Assembly: GCA_900766325.1 (NCBI GenBank)
Contig: CAAFVA010000045.1
Location: forward strand, 1-7,762
Length of the DNA stretch: 7,762 bases
DNA from: Bacilli bacterium
Lineage (GTDB): Bacteria; Bacillota_I; Bacilli_A; RF39; UBA660
Reading direction: 5' to 3'
A program made the position numbers and the translations under genes. Below the pieces are notes generated by a model, which searched no databases, had not been told where the DNA came from, and was given only the letters and a program-made list of their open reading frames with translations. Below, piece by piece: positions 6,860-7,762 of the stretch. Numbering within the stretch: the first letter of the stretch is position 1; each line of letters opens with the position of its first letter.

Positions 6860-7762
6860 ATGTTAAATAAAGAAGTTGTTATTAATGATTTTGCACAGTT
6901 AAAAGGAATGGCTAAGCTTAAGAATGATATGTACAGTCCATACTTTAGCTCCTATGATAGTGTTTATCCATTTACGAACGATAGGTTAATAGATATATTC
7001 AAAGAGGTGGATTGTAGTAAGGGAGTACTTACCGTAACTGCCTCAGGTGATCAAGCTTTAATGGCTATATTAAATGATGCTCCATACGTTAAAATGTTTG
7101 ACATAAACAAGTTGGCAAAATATTTTGTTATGTTTAAATTTGCAGCAATAAAAAGTTTATCATACGAAGAATTTAGAAAGTTATATAAAGTTAATATTCC
7201 GTTTTCAAACACGATTGCTGGAGGATTTTTAAGTGACGTAGACGTTAATTTATATAACAAAGTTTGTTCCAACTTAGATTTAGTAAACGCCTACTTTTTT
7301 GAACGTCTTTATGAGTTTATGACTAATGCTACACCGACCGAGAGATTTAACGTCGTTAACGTAAAACAAAATCATAAATTAGCCGGTTATTTAAATCAAA
7401 CTAGTTATAGCATTTTAAAATCTAAACTTAATGATGTTAAGAAGTTAGAATTCATTGACTGCGATATATTTGATTTAAAAAAGTACATAGATAATGAAGT
7501 TTATTCGGCAATGATATTCTCTAACATAAGTAGTTATTTTGATAATGTTATGCTTGAATCTTACTTGACTTTATTAAACTCATTAAAAAGTAATTTAACG
7601 AGTAATGGATTAATTCAAGCTGGATATGGATCATTAGGAAAGTGTTTTGAAATAGGAAAGAACAGAATGGATAAAAGGTTTGTCGATGCCCATAGAAAAT
7701 ATTTTTTTGAAACGAAATCGCATAATAAAGTTATAACATTTTATAAATCCAATAAGAATTAA
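6860..7762 (+). CDS. Uncharacterised 300-aa protein; tentatively a BtaA/DUF3419-like SAM-binding Rossmann-fold (class I methyltransferase-like) protein
   Basis: This is a complete ORF with a good RBS and a TAA stop at 7760-7762, and it is almost certainly coding. The functional call is pattern recognition only. VLTVTASGDQALMAILNDAPYVKMFDINKLAKYFVMFKFAAIKSLSYEEFRKLY (about 7025-7190) resembles the DUF3419/BtaA signature, recalled from memory as SaGcNaL..ll.dP..v.aVDlN..Q..Ll.LK.AAi..L.yedF. A helical insert follows. Later come LEFIDCDIFD, YSAMIFSNISSYF and LTSNGLIQAGY, which are positioned like Rossmann strands 3-5. There is no signal peptide and no TM segment. Confidence 0.6.
   Translation: MLNKEVVINDFAQLKGMAKLKNDMYSPYFSSYDSVYPFTNDRLIDIFKEVDCSKGVLTVTASGDQALMAILNDAPYVKMFDINKLAKYFVMFKFAAIKSLSYEEFRKLYKVNIPFSNTIAGGFLSDVDVNLYNKVCSNLDLVNAYFFERLYEFMTNATPTERFNVVNVKQNHKLAGYLNQTSYSILKSKLNDVKKLEFIDCDIFDLKKYIDNEVYSAMIFSNISSYFDNVMLESYLTLLNSLKSNLTSNGLIQAGYGSLGKCFEIGKNRMDKRFVDAHRKYFFETKSHNKVITFYKSNKN

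Noticed and set aside
7051-7272. 73-aa minus-strand ORF antisense to the final ORF
   Set aside because: It is nested in a longer ORF that has a good RBS and a coherent domain pattern, and it has no independent support.
1-7762. A defence island, mobile element, CRISPR or toxin-antitoxin system somewhere in the window
   Set aside because: There are no direct or inverted long repeats, no integrase, transposase or recombinase motifs, no spacer-repeat periodicity, no small paired ORFs and no strand switches. Six of the seven genes are recognisable conserved core families: five with defined housekeeping functions, plus the uncharacterised YitT-family protein.

Overview
AT-rich (about one-third G+C by eye, not computed), tightly packed, all-plus-strand window that reads as a core housekeeping locus of a walled low-GC Firmicute-type bacterium using the standard code, where TGA is a stop. 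Gene order: prfB (RF2; 5' end lies upstream of the window and is joined through a textbook +1 programmed frameshift at 27-33), a YitT/DUF2179 (UPF0750) membrane protein, ftsE, ftsX, and a secreted coiled-coil M23/LytM peptidase overlapping ftsX. A rho-independent terminator follows, then uvrB, then a 300-aa uncharacterised ORF. The first five genes have 1-25 nt gaps or overlaps and no terminator, so they look like one operon. I see no CRISPR array, tRNA/rRNA, transposase, integrase, long repeats, or recognisable defence or toxin genes. The intergenic space (25, 95 and 60 nt) is too small for a sizeable ncRNA. Two things merit follow-up. (a) The last ORF (6860-7762) has its own promoter-like signals and sits where uvrA usually follows uvrB. 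It looks like a BtaA/DUF3419-type SAM-binding Rossmann-fold protein of unknown function. (b) The FtsEX-coupled coiled-coil M23 hydrolase keeps every catalytic metal ligand, unlike E. coli EnvC. Neither is demonstrably a novel system from sequence alone. Most of this window is ordinary conserved biology.
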